Assembly (NCBI GenBank): GCA_010093815.1 | Contig: ML996568.1 | Length of the DNA stretch: 64,000 nt | DNA from: Pseudovirgaria hyperparasitica | Taxonomy: Eukaryota | Strand: one strand, 5' to 3' | Shown: one piece after another, positions 62,440 to 64,000 of the stretch | How positions within the stretch are numbered: position 1 is the first letter of the stretch | Layout of the letters: each line of letters begins with the position of its first letter | The notes under the pieces: generated by a model | Database searches by the model: none | What the model was told of the DNA's origin: nothing | What the model saw: the letters and a program-made list of their open reading frames with translations, nothing else | Position numbers and translations under genes: made by a program

Positions 62440-64000
62440 CTACTCCTCTTCACTCTCTGAAGCCGCATCATCGTCGCTGCTTGAGTCGTCCTGGTTCGCT
62501 GGAGATACTGGCTCTTCAGATCCTGAACCACCCTGCTTGAACGTCTCGAGTTGACGTTTTATAGCCTCAATGCTGTCTTCCTGTTCCTTCTTGTTCATTG
62601 GCTTGTTCTTCTTGCTCTTGGTCGTCTTGGGAGCTGCAGACTTTGGGGGCTCAAACTCGTCGTCCGAGATCTCATCGTTCTTCTGCATCGATGGTCGTTT
62701 GTTACGGACGAACTTGTACAGCTGACGCAGGACGTCCTCGGGAATCATCTCCATATCTATCTCGAGCTCTTCATCGTTGCCATTCTAAGCAGTGTTAACA
62801 AACAATGTGGTGACGAGTGAAGGGGCCAAAAACTTACGCTTAGGTTTGGACAACCGTTGCGGATTATTTGCATTGCTTTTCCCATGTCGGCTTCACTCAG
62901 TTCACTGATCGACTCCGAAATCTCTTGTTTTTGTTGGAACGTCAAAGGCGTCACGTTCTTGGCTTTCTTGGACTTGCCAGGCTTCGATGATGCCGTTCCA
63001 CCGCTGTTCTTCTTTTGCTTACTGCTCTTACCAGTTTTGCCATTCTTCTTCCCATGCGCCTTCGGTGACGCCTGCTTAGTTGCACTCTCAATAATTTGTT
63101 GTGCTTGGCTATTCAGCATTGCGATTTGTCGTTGTATGTCTAGCAAATCTCTCTGACGTGTGTCTTGTTCGTCATCACTTGCTTCATCATCGTCAGACTC
63201 CTCCGCAGATGAAACTGGGTCTGAAGGTGGCTGATGGTTCGCAATCCATGTTTCTTTTCCAGCCCATAATTCGTTCACTATAGCCTGAAACTCTTTGCCC
63301 ATCTTGTTGATTTCATCATTGTCGGGGTTGAACTTGAAGCAATTGGCGAACATCAGATCGAAGTCGGCTTTAAAATCTTTTGACGTCTGATAATCGCCTT
63401 GCTTGAGCTTCTTGTCTATGGTGCTCATGTCCATAGGTTTCTTGATAACCTTGTGATAAGTCGGGATATTGAGTGCCACAGGATCTACAGGATTCGCGAA
63501 TGGCCAGGAGATTCTCGCGTATTTCTGCTTTTTCACCTCATTCATCACGTGTTCGCAGAATCTCAGTTCGATCTGGAATTTCTTCTTTTTGGGCTTGACG
63601 CTATATGGCAAATCTCTTGGCTTCGGGCGCTGTATCTCTCGCTTAGGTCGGCCATCATTCGTGGTAGAGTCTCTTCGAATGATGGGAACACCGTCAATAG
63701 GAGCATATGTGGTAGGTGATGCCGCAACAGGAGCCGGATGTGGAATGACGGGTTTCTCTGATTTAGTGGTAGATCGACGACGCGTCTCCTTCTTGGTAGG
63801 AGCCGAGGGAGCTGGCTTGGCAGGCTGTGGGACCTGCACACTGCCCCGAGTGGCATTGGACTTTATAGCTCTTGCCATGAATGCTTCTAGAACGGTGCCT
63901 GCAGTCGATACGGGATGCGATGATCCATTGAAAAGAAATGAGTTCTTGACCATCTGGCACATATCAGAGATGAATTCGTCCACTGTGCCATATTTGTCGT
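62440..64000 (-). CDS. BDF1: BET-family double-bromodomain protein, 3' part (end of BD1, BD2, ET domain); 5' end outside the window
   Basis: IRRDST..GRPKREI, bromodomain WPFANPVDPVALNIPTYHKVIKKPMDMSTI..FANCFKFNP, ET domain LTFQQKQEISESISEL..|ELEIDMEMIPEDVLRQLYKFV, acidic tail. Intron at ~62785-62837. Confidence 0.93.

Overview
Eukaryotic DNA from a filamentous ascomycete (Pezizomycotina). The evidence is short GT-AG introns with CTRAC branch points and fungal gene families; the species cannot be determined from sequence alone. I can support 18 protein-coding genes: a partial DUF4050/Gag1-like gene, phospholipase D, an FlbD-type Myb factor, an Mtc6-like membrane protein, a Ppo dioxygenase-P450 fusion, TSC13, a UIM-repeat orphan, ATE1, a DDP1-type Nudix hydrolase, a polyQ orphan, STU1/CLASP, a BSP-family metallopeptidase, a rhodanese, a KH-domain protein, a disordered conserved-hypothetical, SDT1, RVB1 and a partial BDF1. 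The left ~44 kb is gene-sparse and microsatellite-rich, including a ~13 kb non-coding tract upstream of the Myb gene. The right 20 kb is compact. Most short ORFs in the track are microsatellite or antisense artefacts. The best unannotated signals are (i) a small non-autonomous DNA transposon at 6768-7496 with terminal inverted repeats, an exact 8-bp target-site duplication, an internal nested minisatellite and RIP-like mutations, and (ii) an orphan protein joining a Cys/His-rich domain to a 25-aa-periodic array of ubiquitin-interacting motifs, directly downstream of ATE1. I found no tRNA, rRNA, snRNA or CRISPR, and no convincing new multi-gene system. Product calls come from motif recognition by eye, not database searches.
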